DNA from: Candidatus Thorarchaeota archaeon
Lineage (GTDB): Archaea; Asgardarchaeota; Thorarchaeia; Thorarchaeales; Thorarchaeaceae
Assembly (NCBI GenBank): GCA_029858305.1
Contig: JAOUFI010000005.1
Span: 1-64,000 of the forward strand
Length of the DNA stretch: 64,000 bases
Direction: 5' to 3'
Below the pieces are notes generated by a model, which did not search any database, was not told the origin of the DNA, and saw nothing but the letters and a program-made list of their open reading frames with translations. This document shows positions 38,307-48,813 of this stretch, piece by piece. The translations under genes and the position numbers were made by a program. How positions within the stretch are numbered: the stretch's first letter is position 1; the number at the start of each line of letters is the position of its first letter.

Positions 38307-40424
38307 GTGGATAAGCAAAAAGGCATTGATAGTCTGTTTAATCCCCGTTCAATAGCAGTAATTGGTGCTTCAGAAACTCGTGGTAAACTTGGTAACGATG
38401 TCATGCGAAACCTTATCGAGAGCGGTTACGAAGGACGAATTTATCCAATCAATCCTAAGGCTGGGGAGATTCTTAGCCACAAAGTATTCAGATCAGTGAG
38501 AGATATTCCAGGTGATGTCGATGTTGCTGTGATTGTCATTCCTGCAAAATTCGTTCTCAAAGCTGTCGAAGAATGCGGAGTCAAAGGTGTGAAAGCTCTA
38601 GTCATTATAACAGCCGGCTTCAAGGAAATCGGACATGAAGGTCAAGAAGCAGAAAAAATGCTCGCTTCTCTTGCAGAGGATTATGAGATGGTTATTCAAG
38701 GTCCAAATTGCCTTGGAATTATCAACACCTCAGCTCCCTATAATGCATCATTTTCCTCTGGAACACCAAAAAAAGGTAGCATCGCATTTGCCTCGCAATC
38801 AGGCGCATTAATGACAGGGATTTTAGATTGGAGTCTTATGGAGAAAATTGGCTTCTCAAAATTTGTTAGTCTTGGGAATAAAGCGCACCTGAATGAATCT
38901 GATTTCATTGAAGCTTTCGGAAGAGACTCCGATTCAACCTTCATTCTTCTTTATATCGAATCAGTAGTTGATGGTCGAAAGTTCATGGATGCATGCCGAA
39001 AGGTCATACCCCACAAACCGATTTTCGTTGTCAAATCCGGTGTGAGCGCTGCAGGTGCAAGAGCTGCATCATCTCATACTGGTTCTTTGGCTGGAAGTGA
39101 CACTGCCTATGATGTCGCCTTCAAACAATGTGGAGTTCGTCGCGCAAGTGATATGGCTGCTCTGTTTGATGTAGCTTCTGTCTTTGATGATATGCACCTG
39201 CCGTCAGGTAACCGAGTTGCAATAATCACAAATGCTGGTGGACCTGGTATACTTACAACAGACGCATGCGAAGCCAGCGGATTGCAAATTGCGCAATTGA
39301 CATCACAGACCGTGGAATTCCTGAAGGAAAACCTACCTCCAGCAGCAGCAGTGTACAACCCCATCGATGCTCTTGGAACTGCTCAGCCTGAGGACTATGC
39401 TCTCTGTATCGAAGCGGCTCTAAGTGATGAGAATGTTGATTCAGTGCTCGTTTTACTGACTCCGCAGGCTATGACCAAACAAGCCGAAACTGCTCAGGTA
39501 GTCGTTGATGCTCACACAAAGTATCCCGGAAAGCCCCTAATTGCTGTCTTCATGGGAGGCAATTCAATGGTCTATCCACGTATAATATTGACAGAGGGCC
39601 ACATACCAGTATTTGACTTCCCAGAGAGAGCTGTGCATGCACTTGCAGAACTATACAAGTATACTGTAAGTCGAGATAGTCTGAAGGACGAATCAATTCC
39701 AAAATTTAAGGCTGACACAAAGAAGGTAGAGAAAATAATTAGTGATGTTCGAGCAGACAAGCGAAGAGTTCTCCTTGGTAGCGAAGCACATGCAATTGCG
39801 GAAGCATACGGTATTCCCGTCGCAAGAATTCGTTTGGCGACAAGCTCAGAAGAAGCAAAGTCTCTTGCTGAAGAATTAGGTTATCCTGTGGTTCTCAAGA
39901 TTGCTAGTCCAGATATTGTACACAAGAGCGATATTGGCGGGATAAAGGTAGGTCTAAAGACTCCTGAAGAGGTTGAAGTAGCATTTCTACAAATATTGGA
40001 TAATGCGAGATCACAGCTGCCAAAAGCTATCATTTACGGTGTTGATGTTCAAGAGATGGCTGAAAAGGGGAAGGAGTTGATAATTGGTTGTTCACGAGAT
40101 GTTCAATTCGGACCTCTAATAATGTTTGGTGCTGGAGGTATTTTTGTTAACTACCTAAAGGATATAGCATTTCGACTTGCACCCATGAATAGGTCTGATG
40201 CGAACGAGTTGATTATGGATACTAAGATAGGAACGCTTCTAAGAGGTGTTCGAGGAGAATCTCCGAGTGATGTTGTAGCCATTGAAGATGCAGTTCTTAG
40301 AATCAGTCAACTCGTGACAGATTTTCCAGATATAGTTGAACTAGATATTAATCCTGCATTTGCTTACGAGAAAGGAAAAGGTGTATCAGCAGTAGATGTA
40401 AAGATTACAATAGGAGGTCCATAA
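38307..40424 (+). CDS. acdAB: ADP-forming acetyl/acyl-CoA synthetase, fused alpha-beta
   Basis: PRSIAVIGAS, GPNCLG, SQSGA, SHTGSLAG, HKSDIGG, ELDINP; start likely GTG 38307. Confidence 0.92.
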   Translation: MDKQKGIDSLFNPRSIAVIGASETRGKLGNDVMRNLIESGYEGRIYPINPKAGEILSHKVFRSVRDIPGDVDVAVIVIPAKFVLKAVEECGVKGVKALVIITAGFKEIGHEGQEAEKMLASLAEDYEMVIQGPNCLGIINTSAPYNASFSSGTPKKGSIAFASQSGALMTGILDWSLMEKIGFSKFVSLGNKAHLNESDFIEAFGRDSDSTFILLYIESVVDGRKFMDACRKVIPHKPIFVVKSGVSAAGARAASSHTGSLAGSDTAYDVAFKQCGVRRASDMAALFDVASVFDDMHLPSGNRVAIITNAGGPGILTTDACEASGLQIAQLTSQTVEFLKENLPPAAAVYNPIDALGTAQPEDYALCIEAALSDENVDSVLVLLTPQAMTKQAETAQVVVDAHTKYPGKPLIAVFMGGNSMVYPRIILTEGHIPVFDFPERAVHALAELYKYTVSRDSLKDESIPKFKADTKKVEKIISDVRADKRRVLLGSEAHAIAEAYGIPVARIRLATSSEEAKSLAEELGYPVVLKIASPDIVHKSDIGGIKVGLKTPEEVEVAFLQILDNARSQLPKAIIYGVDVQEMAEKGKELIIGCSRDVQFGPLIMFGAGGIFVNYLKDIAFRLAPMNRSDANELIMDTKIGTLLRGVRGESPSDVVAIEDAVLRISQLVTDFPDIVELDINPAFAYEKGKGVSAVDVKITIGGP

Positions 40425-40426
40425 GC

Positions 40427-41491
40427 TTGGCAAAGAATATCGTTATCACAGGAGATACTGTGACAGGAAAGACAATGGTAGCAATCGCTCTGGCAAATAA
40501 GCTTCGAGCGAGAGGATCAACTGTAGGTTACTTCAAACCTTCGGGAATTAAGAGTTTCGCCCATAGCACACAAGAGATGGATGTGGATGAAGATGCTGCA
40601 GTCATGAAAGACATTCTTGGAATGGAGGAACAATTGAACTGTATCTGTCCGATAGTTCGTCACATGTCAAGCTACGATGAACTCCTTAGAATTAGTAAAG
40701 ATGAGTTAAAGGAAAGAATCCAATCCTGTCATGCAAATATATCAAAGAATCGAGATTATGTTATAATAGAGGGCGAGCAGTCTCCATGGAGGCTCATGCA
40801 TGTTGGTTTATCAACACTTGATATTACGAAGGAGCTAGGAGCAACGGTCATTTGTCTTGTTAATTTCCCAGATTTTTCTGCTATTGACGACATTCTCCTT
40901 CAAAAAGAACTATTCAAAAATTACGGCACCGAAAGAATTGGTGTCATCTTGAATTTAGTTCCGCCAATGTTGAAGAAAGTTGTGAATGAGAGCATTCGCC
41001 CTTTCCTGGAAGAGCGCGGCATAATATTTTGCGGGGTTCTTTATAATAATCGTGAGTTATTCAGCCCTACTATAGGTGATATTATGAGAGCACTAGATGG
41101 AGAAATGGTCATTGGCTCTGAGAAATTGGATCTCCTGATTGACCAATTCATTGTTGGTAGTATGGCTCCCGAGAACGCTTTGAAGTGGTTCCGTCGCTCA
41201 AAAGACAAAGCAGTCATTACGAGCGGTGATAGAACAGATATTTGTCTTGCCGCATTAGAAACCGATACCAACTTAATTATTTTAACTGGTGGAGTAGGAC
41301 CAGAAATTGGAACATTAACTAGGGCGCGTGAGCTTGGAGTGCCCATTATGATGACAGCTCTGGATACCTATGGTACAAGTCAAGTCGTTGATGATTTGAT
41401 TGGTACTATCACAGTCGATAATAAGGAAAAAATCGCAGCTGTTGAGAGAATAGTTGGCGAAGCCTTGCAACTCGATGAACTTGGTCTCTGA
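40427..41491 (+). CDS. Phosphotransacetylase N-terminal-like protein (BioD-like + DRTGG)
   Basis: TGKT, VGYFKP, VITSGDRTDI, ILTGG. Confidence 0.85.
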   Translation: MAKNIVITGDTVTGKTMVAIALANKLRARGSTVGYFKPSGIKSFAHSTQEMDVDEDAAVMKDILGMEEQLNCICPIVRHMSSYDELLRISKDELKERIQSCHANISKNRDYVIIEGEQSPWRLMHVGLSTLDITKELGATVICLVNFPDFSAIDDILLQKELFKNYGTERIGVILNLVPPMLKKVVNESIRPFLEERGIIFCGVLYNNRELFSPTIGDIMRALDGEMVIGSEKLDLLIDQFIVGSMAPENALKWFRRSKDKAVITSGDRTDICLAALETDTNLIILTGGVGPEIGTLTRARELGVPIMMTALDTYGTSQVVDDLIGTITVDNKEKIAAVERIVGEALQLDELGL

Positions 41492-41822
41492 ATTATGCTC
41501 ATCGGAGATGTGGGGAAGGGAGCAATAGGTGCTCCCGACTTAGAACAAAGTGAACGTACAATCGCCGGGAGGAGCCTTTGTACGTTCAAGAATATAGCTT
41601 CTCTGTGCTCCATAAGTTCTCTTGTATAGTTGAGCTAATACAGGGTTATTATATAGGCTGTGTCCTACACATCATACAGACCTTCTCCGTGTATCGCACC
41701 CATACTCAAGGAAAAAAAAGTTACAGTTTCAAACCCCTTTGCCCTTTTCTTAGTTTCTCGCAATACATTTATGCAGGCAAAAGGTTACCGAGGGTTCGTA
41801 TTACAAGATTTGAGGTGAACAA

Positions 41823-42587
41823 ATGGCTTCAGATGCTGAAAAATCGGAGGCTGCCGGTGAAGCTTTAGACACAGTAAAGAGTGAAAGAGAACTCGAGTCT
41901 CTAAAGTGGATTCGTGAGCGGCGCTCCATCAGAGAGTTCACTGGTGAACGAATACCAGATGAACATATCGAGTTAATCCTCGAAGCGGCACGGCACGCAC
42001 CAAGTCCTGAGAACATGCTTATGATTCGTTTCATTGTAATTCGAGATGATCATGACATGAAGGTATTTCTAGCGGATATTGCGCAGGAGATGGCTCAGAC
42101 GGCTTTTGGTGGAGCCCCCTTTGAGCTAACAAGTGGTCGGAACTGGTTCATTAACGATCCGTACAGAGCTGCAGTTTATGCACGACTTAGGGATGGTGAA
42201 TTATTCAGGTATCCTGAGAAGAGTGATGCAGTGATTATTGTCTGTGCAAGTGAATCATGGCATGATGCAGGGTATCTTTATCCAAATGAGCTCTTTGGAT
42301 CTGTTGTATCAGGTATGGCTATTCAGAACATGTGGCTAACAGCAACAGAACTTGGGTATGGTTGCGGATATGAGGCACTAGTCTGCTCAGATCCTCGCCA
42401 TGCTGAACTGATTCGTGATAAACTTGGAATTCCACCAATCTGGACGCCTCTCACTGCCTTTTGTATTGGAAAACGAATTTCACCAAGAGCCCTTGGTCCG
42501 AGTAGACCTCCTCTTGAGGGTCTAATGTACCAAGAGCGTTGGGGATTCCCATACAAACGTCTAGCATTCAGGAAGGAGGATGAATAA
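41823..42587 (+). CDS. Nitroreductase family protein
   Basis: RRSIREF, AARHAPS..N, AIQNMWLTATELGYG. Confidence 0.88.
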   Translation: MASDAEKSEAAGEALDTVKSERELESLKWIRERRSIREFTGERIPDEHIELILEAARHAPSPENMLMIRFIVIRDDHDMKVFLADIAQEMAQTAFGGAPFELTSGRNWFINDPYRAAVYARLRDGELFRYPEKSDAVIIVCASESWHDAGYLYPNELFGSVVSGMAIQNMWLTATELGYGCGYEALVCSDPRHAELIRDKLGIPPIWTPLTAFCIGKRISPRALGPSRPPLEGLMYQERWGFPYKRLAFRKEDE

Positions 42588-43116
42588 AGTGGACGTTGAA
42601 TTCAAAGGAAAAACCCTCGAAAACATGAAGAAGCTTGCTGATGAAGCTGGCCTTACTCCTGAGGGTCTCATCGAGGTTGTTATGCAGCAATTCGTAGACA
42701 ATAAAGGTGCTAGGGTTTATACAGGCCGATGGTCACAGGGCGAGGTCGATGGAGTCAAAGGCTTCAGATACGTTCCTCAATGGCCATTCAGACCTGGCTT
42801 CAAAGAGGCTGACGGGACTGAAGTTAAGAGATGGAAATCTGACTCGAAAGCTTTCCGTAAACATCCAACAGGAGCATGGCCTTTCTATCCCCATCTGAAA
42901 GAAGGTGACATCGAACATGAGTATTGGAACTCGAAGAAGATGTACCATCGAGCACTTATGAATGATAGAAAAGGTCGCATTGTAACCCTCATAGATGGCG
43001 ACAAATATGAGTTATTTCTTGATACCATCAAGAAGCGAAAGGGTAACTTCTGGAACACTACCATCGAAAACGTCATCATGGAAGCCATCGATGACTGGAT
43101 GGCTAAGGAGGAATGA
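42580..43116 (+). CDS. Hypothetical protein with RHH-like segments at both ends
   Basis: Overlaps both neighbours; repeated WPF.P..KE.D motif. Confidence 0.65.
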   Translation: MNKVDVEFKGKTLENMKKLADEAGLTPEGLIEVVMQQFVDNKGARVYTGRWSQGEVDGVKGFRYVPQWPFRPGFKEADGTEVKRWKSDSKAFRKHPTGAWPFYPHLKEGDIEHEYWNSKKMYHRALMNDRKGRIVTLIDGDKYELFLDTIKKRKGNFWNTTIENVIMEAIDDWMAKEE

Positions 43117-43490
43117 AGATGACATCACAACTACAACAATTCTTTGAGTTCCTCATCAGCAAGGTAAAAGAGAAGGAGGAACTTCAGAATAATGTTCTCA
43201 AGTGGATAGGTCCTTATCATGGAAAGGTGCTTCAAGTTGTCACACCTGACCATGGCGCTCAATACATCGTTGTCTATAAACACGCTCCTTGGATGAAACT
43301 CTTCGATGGGGTATACCCAAGCCCGGATGTAATCTACAAGGCAAATTCAGAAACCCTACTTGGAATATTTACAGGTGAGGTGAATTTCAAAGACACGATG
43401 AAGGACGGCCGTCTAATTGTAATTGGGAATGCAAATGAGAGCGATCCTCTAGCAAACCTGATTCTACTTGCAATGACTGGTGCTATCTAG
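43113..43490 (+). CDS. SCP2 sterol/lipid carrier domain protein
   Basis: PDV.Y.A..ETL.GIFTGE....MKDGRL.VIGN. Confidence 0.8.
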   Translation: MKMTSQLQQFFEFLISKVKEKEELQNNVLKWIGPYHGKVLQVVTPDHGAQYIVVYKHAPWMKLFDGVYPSPDVIYKANSETLLGIFTGEVNFKDTMKDGRLIVIGNANESDPLANLILLAMTGAI

Positions 43491-43501
43491 GAGGAATCGC
43501 A

Positions 43502-44626
43502 ATGGAAGTCAGAAAGATAGCAGTGATTGGTGCAGGACTCATGGGTTCAGGTATTGCTTACATTTCTGCATGGAATGGATTCGATGTCTTCATGATTGAC
43601 GTCAATGACGCGGCAGTCGAGGCAGGGATGGATAGAATTCGAAACGATGTAATGACTGGAATCAATAAAAACAAGATATCAATGTCTGACGCAGAGGCAC
43701 TGATGGGGCGACTCAAATACGGTACCAATGTGGAAGGGGGTGTAAAAGATGCGGACCTCATTGTTGAGGCAATCTTTGAGAATATGGAAGTAAAGAAGAA
43801 AGTCTTTGCAACGGTCGATGCAGCTGCTCCCAAACACGCTATTCTTGCAACGAATACATCGTCACTTAGTATTGATGAACTCGCTAGTTCGATCAAGCGA
43901 CCGTCTCAATTTATTGGCATGCACTATTTCTCACCCGTTGCTGCAATGAAACTTCTTGAGCTAGTCATAGGTGAAAAGACTAGCAAAGAAACGATAGACA
44001 CAGCGATGGCAGTCGGAAAGAAGCAAGGAAAAACCTGTGTACAGGCAAAGAACAGTCCGGGTTTCATTGTAAATCGAATCCTTATGCCTGTTCTCAGAGA
44101 GGCAATTGTACTCTACGAAAAAGGTGTGGCTACGAAAGAAGAAATTGACACAGCAATGACTATTCATGGTGGTATGCCTGCGGGACCTTTCGCTCTGGGG
44201 GACTTTGTAGGTCTTGACATAGCATATAATGCTATGAGCACCCTCTATCGAGAAATTGGCGATTGTTTTAAGCCTCCTGAAACTCTCAAGAATCTAGTCG
44301 ATTCTGGAGCAATTGGTACAAAGGCGAAGAAAGGATTCTATGATTATACGGGAGCTAGCGGAGTTGCTGAAACAGCAAAAGGAGCTGATCTTCAATGGCT
44401 CTCTGTGCGAATTGCTGTTATGGCTATCCGCGAAGCAATGATACTAGTCGATGATGGGATTGCAACCAAAGAGGATATAGATCCTGCAATGGTTCTTGGT
44501 GCCAGTTTTCCAAAAGGTCCATTTGCTATGGCTAATCAGATTGGCATGAACAAGGTCCATGAAGAGTTGAAAAAACTCAATGATGAATTCGGTGATTGCT
44601 ATAGCATTCCCAAAATGCTGCAGTAG
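43502..44626 (+). CDS. 3-hydroxyacyl-CoA dehydrogenase with duplicated C-terminal domain
   Basis: GAGLMGSGIA, EAIFEN, TNTSSL, GMHYFSP, PGFIVNR; two ID.AM..G..GPF motifs. Confidence 0.93.
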   Translation: MEVRKIAVIGAGLMGSGIAYISAWNGFDVFMIDVNDAAVEAGMDRIRNDVMTGINKNKISMSDAEALMGRLKYGTNVEGGVKDADLIVEAIFENMEVKKKVFATVDAAAPKHAILATNTSSLSIDELASSIKRPSQFIGMHYFSPVAAMKLLELVIGEKTSKETIDTAMAVGKKQGKTCVQAKNSPGFIVNRILMPVLREAIVLYEKGVATKEEIDTAMTIHGGMPAGPFALGDFVGLDIAYNAMSTLYREIGDCFKPPETLKNLVDSGAIGTKAKKGFYDYTGASGVAETAKGADLQWLSVRIAVMAIREAMILVDDGIATKEDIDPAMVLGASFPKGPFAMANQIGMNKVHEELKKLNDEFGDCYSIPKMLQ

Positions 44627-44637
44627 TTAGAATGATT

Positions 44638-44670
44638 TGGCAGCACAATCGCTGCCATTTCTATCTTTTT
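44638..44670 (+). terminator. Hairpin plus T-tract terminator
   Basis: TGGCAGC-ACAATC-GCTGCCA then TTTCTATCTTTTT. Confidence 0.6.
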
Positions 44671-44762
44671 CTTAATACTATATTCACTCTAAGTTGAGAA
44701 AGCGCAGTTTTTAAGAGGGGCGAAGTCTTTCAAACTCTTGGTATTATCCAAAGGTGTACAAA

Positions 44763-45575
44763 ATGGGCGAATATGCAACTATGCTGTATAGCAAAGAGGG
44801 TACGTTTCTCACTCCTGTTAAGAATATTGCAGTTATCAAGTTCAATAGGCCAGATGCATTAAACGCAATCAACGATCAATTCATTCTTGATCTGAATAAT
44901 GCTCTTGACGAGGCTGAGAATGATCCAGACATTCGATCTGTGATAATTGGTACAGCTCATCCCAAAGTCTACTGTACTGGTGCGGATCTGAAAATGGCTC
45001 AAGGCTTCCTTAAGGATGTTGATTCAGTGGCTGATGTCATTAAACAGGGACAAGATGTCATTGATAAGATTGCTAAGATGAGCAAGCCAGTCATTGCGGC
45101 AATTCACGGATTATGTCTGGGTGGCGGAACTGAGATTGCACTTGCTTGTGACATTCGAATTTGTGATACTGATAGCAAGATAGGAACTCCCGAAGTTGGC
45201 CTAGGTCTTATTCCAGCTTGGGGTGGTTGTGTACGAATCGCTAGAGTAGTCGGACTTGGAAAAGCACTAGAGCTGGTTTTGACTGGAGCTCAATTGACAG
45301 CAAACGAAGCACTAGCAGCTGGACTAGTTAGCAAGGTTGTCAGTCCTGATGACTTACAAAGTGAAGCGGTTAAATTTGCAATGAAGTTCGGACAAAATGC
45401 ACCAATTGCGCTAAAGCTAGCTAAGAAGGCGACTCATATGGCCTTCGAGTCTAACTACGAAGACAATCTTGCGTATCAGGTTGATGCTGCAGTTGAATGC
45501 TTCAAGACAGCTGATCTTGGAGAAGGAATTGCGGCAATTCTTGAGAAGCGTCAACCCAAATTCAAAGGTAAATAG
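44763..45575 (+). CDS. Enoyl-CoA hydratase/crotonase
   Basis: NRPDALNA, GADL, GGGTEIALACDIR, PEVGLGLIPAWGG. Confidence 0.92.
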   Translation: MGEYATMLYSKEGTFLTPVKNIAVIKFNRPDALNAINDQFILDLNNALDEAENDPDIRSVIIGTAHPKVYCTGADLKMAQGFLKDVDSVADVIKQGQDVIDKIAKMSKPVIAAIHGLCLGGGTEIALACDIRICDTDSKIGTPEVGLGLIPAWGGCVRIARVVGLGKALELVLTGAQLTANEALAAGLVSKVVSPDDLQSEAVKFAMKFGQNAPIALKLAKKATHMAFESNYEDNLAYQVDAAVECFKTADLGEGIAAILEKRQPKFKGK

Positions 45576-45588
45576 ATCTAATCTATGT

Positions 45589-45632
45589 AATGACCCACAG
45601 CCACAAGGGTTGTGGGTTATTTCTTTATTTTT
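45589..45632 (+). terminator. Hairpin plus T-tract terminator
   Basis: AATGACCCACAGCC/GGTTGTGGGTTATT 14-bp stem (2 G-U) then TCTTTATTTTT. Confidence 0.7.
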
Positions 45633-45806
45633 CCAGAAGGAATGTGACAGATTACCATTTTTTGAGAGTTTTCAATAATGAATCCATGTAACAATTGAAA
45701 GCGTCAACCTTAAGACCCCGTGAGAAAAGGTTCCATGACCGATTCTAGAGCATGATTGAGTATCGCGCTAAAATCAAACTCATGCTCTAACAACGGAGGA
45801 TATGAA

Positions 45807-46973
45807 ATGGTAAGAAGAGTTGCTGTCGTCGCCGGTGGCCACAGCAAATTTGGTAAAAGGTACGATGCAACCATGCGGGAGCTATGCGCTGAGGCCTACA
45901 AACCAATCTATGATGAAGGCATTACACAAGATAGGATCGACGCTAGTGTCCTTTCGTATGCTGCATCGCAGTTTACAGGCCAAGGTGCTGGTTCAGCTTT
46001 GATGGCGGACTACATAGGCCTGCAAGAAAAACCCCATTTGAGAGTCGAATCTGCATGTACTACAGGTACAGCTAGTCTGAGAGCAGCTTGGGGGATGGTC
46101 GCTGCTGGTCTGTATGATGTCATGCTTGTAATGGGTGTTGAACAGATGAATCGCGTGTCATCAGCTACTGCGACTGAGTATATGAGTCGAGCTGGAGACA
46201 TGCGTTGGGAATATCCATATGGTATCAGTTTTCCAGCATTCTACGCCTTGATGGCATCACGATACATGAGTGAATATAATATGCCTCATGATATTCTGGC
46301 AAAAATTGCGGTGAAATCTCACTTCTATGGTGCTCAGAATCCAAAGGCACATCTCCCAAAGGAAATCCCCTTTGAAGAGGCGAATAATGCGATACCTATC
46401 TGTAGACCTCTGAATCTATATGACTGTAGTCTAATCACTGACGGTGCTGCGGCTGTTGTCATCGCTGCAGAAGATCGAGTAAAGGAATTCACAGACCGCC
46501 CAATGTGGATCAAGGGAATTGGAGCTGGAGCATCAGAGAATATGATTCAAGATCGTCCTAGTCTTACAACAATACCAGGTGCAAAACGCGCTGCAAAAGC
46601 CGCTTACAAGATGGCAGGTATTGAGCCAAAGGATATCAATATGGCTCAGGTGCACGATTGCTTCACAATTGCAGAATTGATTGCCTATGAGGACTGTGGT
46701 TTTGCAGAACCCGGAAAGGGTCCTGAAATCGTTGAGAATAAGGAAAACTACATTGATGGCAGAATACCGGTGAACTGTGATGGTGGTCTCAAGAGTAAAG
46801 GACACCCACTAGGTGCCACAGGCGTTTCCATGACCTATGAGATTATGAAACAGATGCGAGGCGAGGCTGAGAAATCATCACGGCAGATTAAAGATGTAAA
46901 ATACGGGCTTGCTCATAATGTAGGACAATCTGGGCAGTTTGTCAACGTGTTCATCTTTGAGAGAGGTTGGTAA
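45807..46973 (+). CDS. Archaeal thiolase (acetyl-CoA acetyltransferase)
   Basis: ESACTTG, DGAAA, VHDCFT, KGHPLGATG, HNVG; GGAGGA before ATG 45807. Confidence 0.93.
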   Translation: MVRRVAVVAGGHSKFGKRYDATMRELCAEAYKPIYDEGITQDRIDASVLSYAASQFTGQGAGSALMADYIGLQEKPHLRVESACTTGTASLRAAWGMVAAGLYDVMLVMGVEQMNRVSSATATEYMSRAGDMRWEYPYGISFPAFYALMASRYMSEYNMPHDILAKIAVKSHFYGAQNPKAHLPKEIPFEEANNAIPICRPLNLYDCSLITDGAAAVVIAAEDRVKEFTDRPMWIKGIGAGASENMIQDRPSLTTIPGAKRAAKAAYKMAGIEPKDINMAQVHDCFTIAELIAYEDCGFAEPGKGPEIVENKENYIDGRIPVNCDGGLKSKGHPLGATGVSMTYEIMKQMRGEAEKSSRQIKDVKYGLAHNVGQSGQFVNVFIFERGW

Positions 46974-46974
46974 A

Positions 46975-47394
46975 ATGGCAGAGAAAAAAGAACTATATCT
47001 CGGGTATTCAACAGATAAGGCAATCACTCCGTTCTTCCAGAACTGGTTAGAGTTTCTAGATCAAGAGAAGTTGATGAAGAGCAAGTGCGGCAAATGTGGA
47101 GCTGAATACCTCCCTCCAAGACAGCATTGTCAGAAAGATATGAGCGAATGCACATTGGCCGAGGTATCAGAAAGGGAAGCCAAGCTTTATTCCTATGTGA
47201 TTGTTGACTTTGCTCCAGAAAGCCTCTCTTCAAAACAACCGTATGTTGTTGCGATTGGGGAATTTCCCTCGGGGCTTCGGTTAACGGCTCATATTACAAA
47301 TCTAACTAGTATGCCTGAGGTAGGCATGAAGTTAAAACTGGGCTTTGATAAGTCTCCAGATGGCAAGATGGTTACATACAGGTGGTTGGTATAA
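46975..47394 (+). CDS. DUF35 Zn-ribbon/OB-fold thiolase partner
   Basis: KCGKCG..YLPPRQHC, LYSYV, PYVVA. Confidence 0.88.
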   Translation: MAEKKELYLGYSTDKAITPFFQNWLEFLDQEKLMKSKCGKCGAEYLPPRQHCQKDMSECTLAEVSEREAKLYSYVIVDFAPESLSSKQPYVVAIGEFPSGLRLTAHITNLTSMPEVGMKLKLGFDKSPDGKMVTYRWLV

Positions 47395-47396
47395 CT

Positions 47397-47433
47397 GAAT
47401 TTGGGGGTATCTACCCCCATTCACTTCTTTTTT
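47397..47433 (+). terminator. Hairpin plus T-tract terminator
   Basis: TGGGGGT-ATCT-ACCCCCA then TTCACTTCTTTTTT. Confidence 0.65.
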
Positions 47434-47465
47434 GATTGAACTTCAAGAACTCTAGTCAACCGTTT

Positions 47466-47804
47466 TTAATAATCAGAATATGTTTCAAGAATCCTTGCCC
47501 ATCGTGTTTGGAGTAATACTGCTTTCAATGTTTCCAAATAAATGCTCGAAGCTTTTGCCGAATCACAACATTGCATATCTCTTACTGCTTGGTTAATCAA
47601 ATCGGTAATATCTCTAAATCGTCTTCTCCCCTCATTTCGCAGATAACCTGTAAACTTGACATAGTCCCTTTTCCTTTCACCAATTCCCTCGAGAAGCAGT
47701 GTTTCGTCTTGAACGGCTGCTTTTAATTCATATGAGCTCTCTAGGGACTTTCTCATAGCACTTAAACTCTCAATGTAAACATGGTTCGGATCTGTAGTCA
47801 CCAC
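47466..47804 (-). CDS. Hypothetical protein
   Basis: 112-aa helical ORF in gap. Confidence 0.55.
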   Translation of the reverse strand: MVTTDPNHVYIESLSAMRKSLESSYELKAAVQDETLLLEGIGERKRDYVKFTGYLRNEGRRRFRDITDLINQAVRDMQCCDSAKASSIYLETLKAVLLQTRWARILETYSDY

Positions 47805-48006
47805 GCATTCAGTCCCCTGATTTTATGCGTGCGTATATGTTCATAACAAGTAATTAAACATTAAGCCTCTCTTGAATTATTAGCGCCATATTCCTGGCCT
47901 TTCTTCTTTCCATACGCATGGCTCCTAAATTGTTCTTCTTGCTCTTCCGAAGGATATTATAACAAGAGAACAAGCCAACAAATTCATTATTCAGGAGGAA
48001 ATAGTA

Positions 48007-48792
48007 GTGTCTGAGCAAGAAGTACTCTATGAGGTAGTCGATGGTGTAGCAACCATCACCATAAACAGACCTGCGAAATATAACGCATTGAACTCCTCGG
48101 TAGTAACCACTCTAAGGGAGTTCTTCAAGAAGGCTGAGGAAAACCAGACTGTGAGGGTGATTATCTTGACAGGAGCTGGTGAGAAAGCCTTCGCGGCTGG
48201 AGCTGATATTACAGAGTTTCAGAGCAAAAACTCAAAGACTGTCCGTCCACTTGCAGAGAATGGTCAGATGCTATGTAAATATATAGAATCAATGACTAAA
48301 CCTGTCATTGCTGCTGTGAATGGCATAGCTCTTGGCGGTGGCTGTGAGATTGCAATGGCCTGTGATATTCGCTATGCATCATCTAATGCGATACTTGGTC
48401 AACCAGAAATTAACCTTGGAATCATTCCCGGTTTCGGAGGTACCGTGAGACTTCCTCGACTCGTTAGACTTGGTATGGCTAAGGAGTTAGTATACAGCGG
48501 TGATCATATCAAAGCTGATGAAGCTTTTAGAATTGGTCTTGTTAACAGAGTGTTTCAGTCTGTAGAAGAATTAAAACATGGTGCATTGGATCTCGCCATG
48601 AAATTAGCTACTAAACCTGGGATAGCGTTAGGGCTCGCAAAACAATCCCTCAACAATGCTTGGGAGATGCCCCTTAAGACGAACTTGGAGTTTGAGGTGG
48701 ATGTCTTCTGCAAGACTTTTGACACAGAGGATAAAGATGAAGGCGTTGATGCATTCTTAAACAAACGAAAAGCCAATTTTAAGCATAAATAG
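48007..48792 (+). CDS. Enoyl-CoA hydratase/crotonase
   Basis: AFAAGADI, GGGCEIAMACD, QPEINLGIIPGFGGT; GGAGG upstream. Confidence 0.93.
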   Translation: MSEQEVLYEVVDGVATITINRPAKYNALNSSVVTTLREFFKKAEENQTVRVIILTGAGEKAFAAGADITEFQSKNSKTVRPLAENGQMLCKYIESMTKPVIAAVNGIALGGGCEIAMACDIRYASSNAILGQPEINLGIIPGFGGTVRLPRLVRLGMAKELVYSGDHIKADEAFRIGLVNRVFQSVEELKHGALDLAMKLATKPGIALGLAKQSLNNAWEMPLKTNLEFEVDVFCKTFDTEDKDEGVDAFLNKRKANFKHK

Positions 48793-48813
48793 GTTTACGG
48801 GATTCTTATCCCG

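Noticed and set aside
41492-41822. Possible small ORF or ncRNA (hairpin GGGAGCA/TGCTCCC) in the intergenic gap
   Set aside because: No recognisable protein or RNA family; likely terminator and promoter sequence
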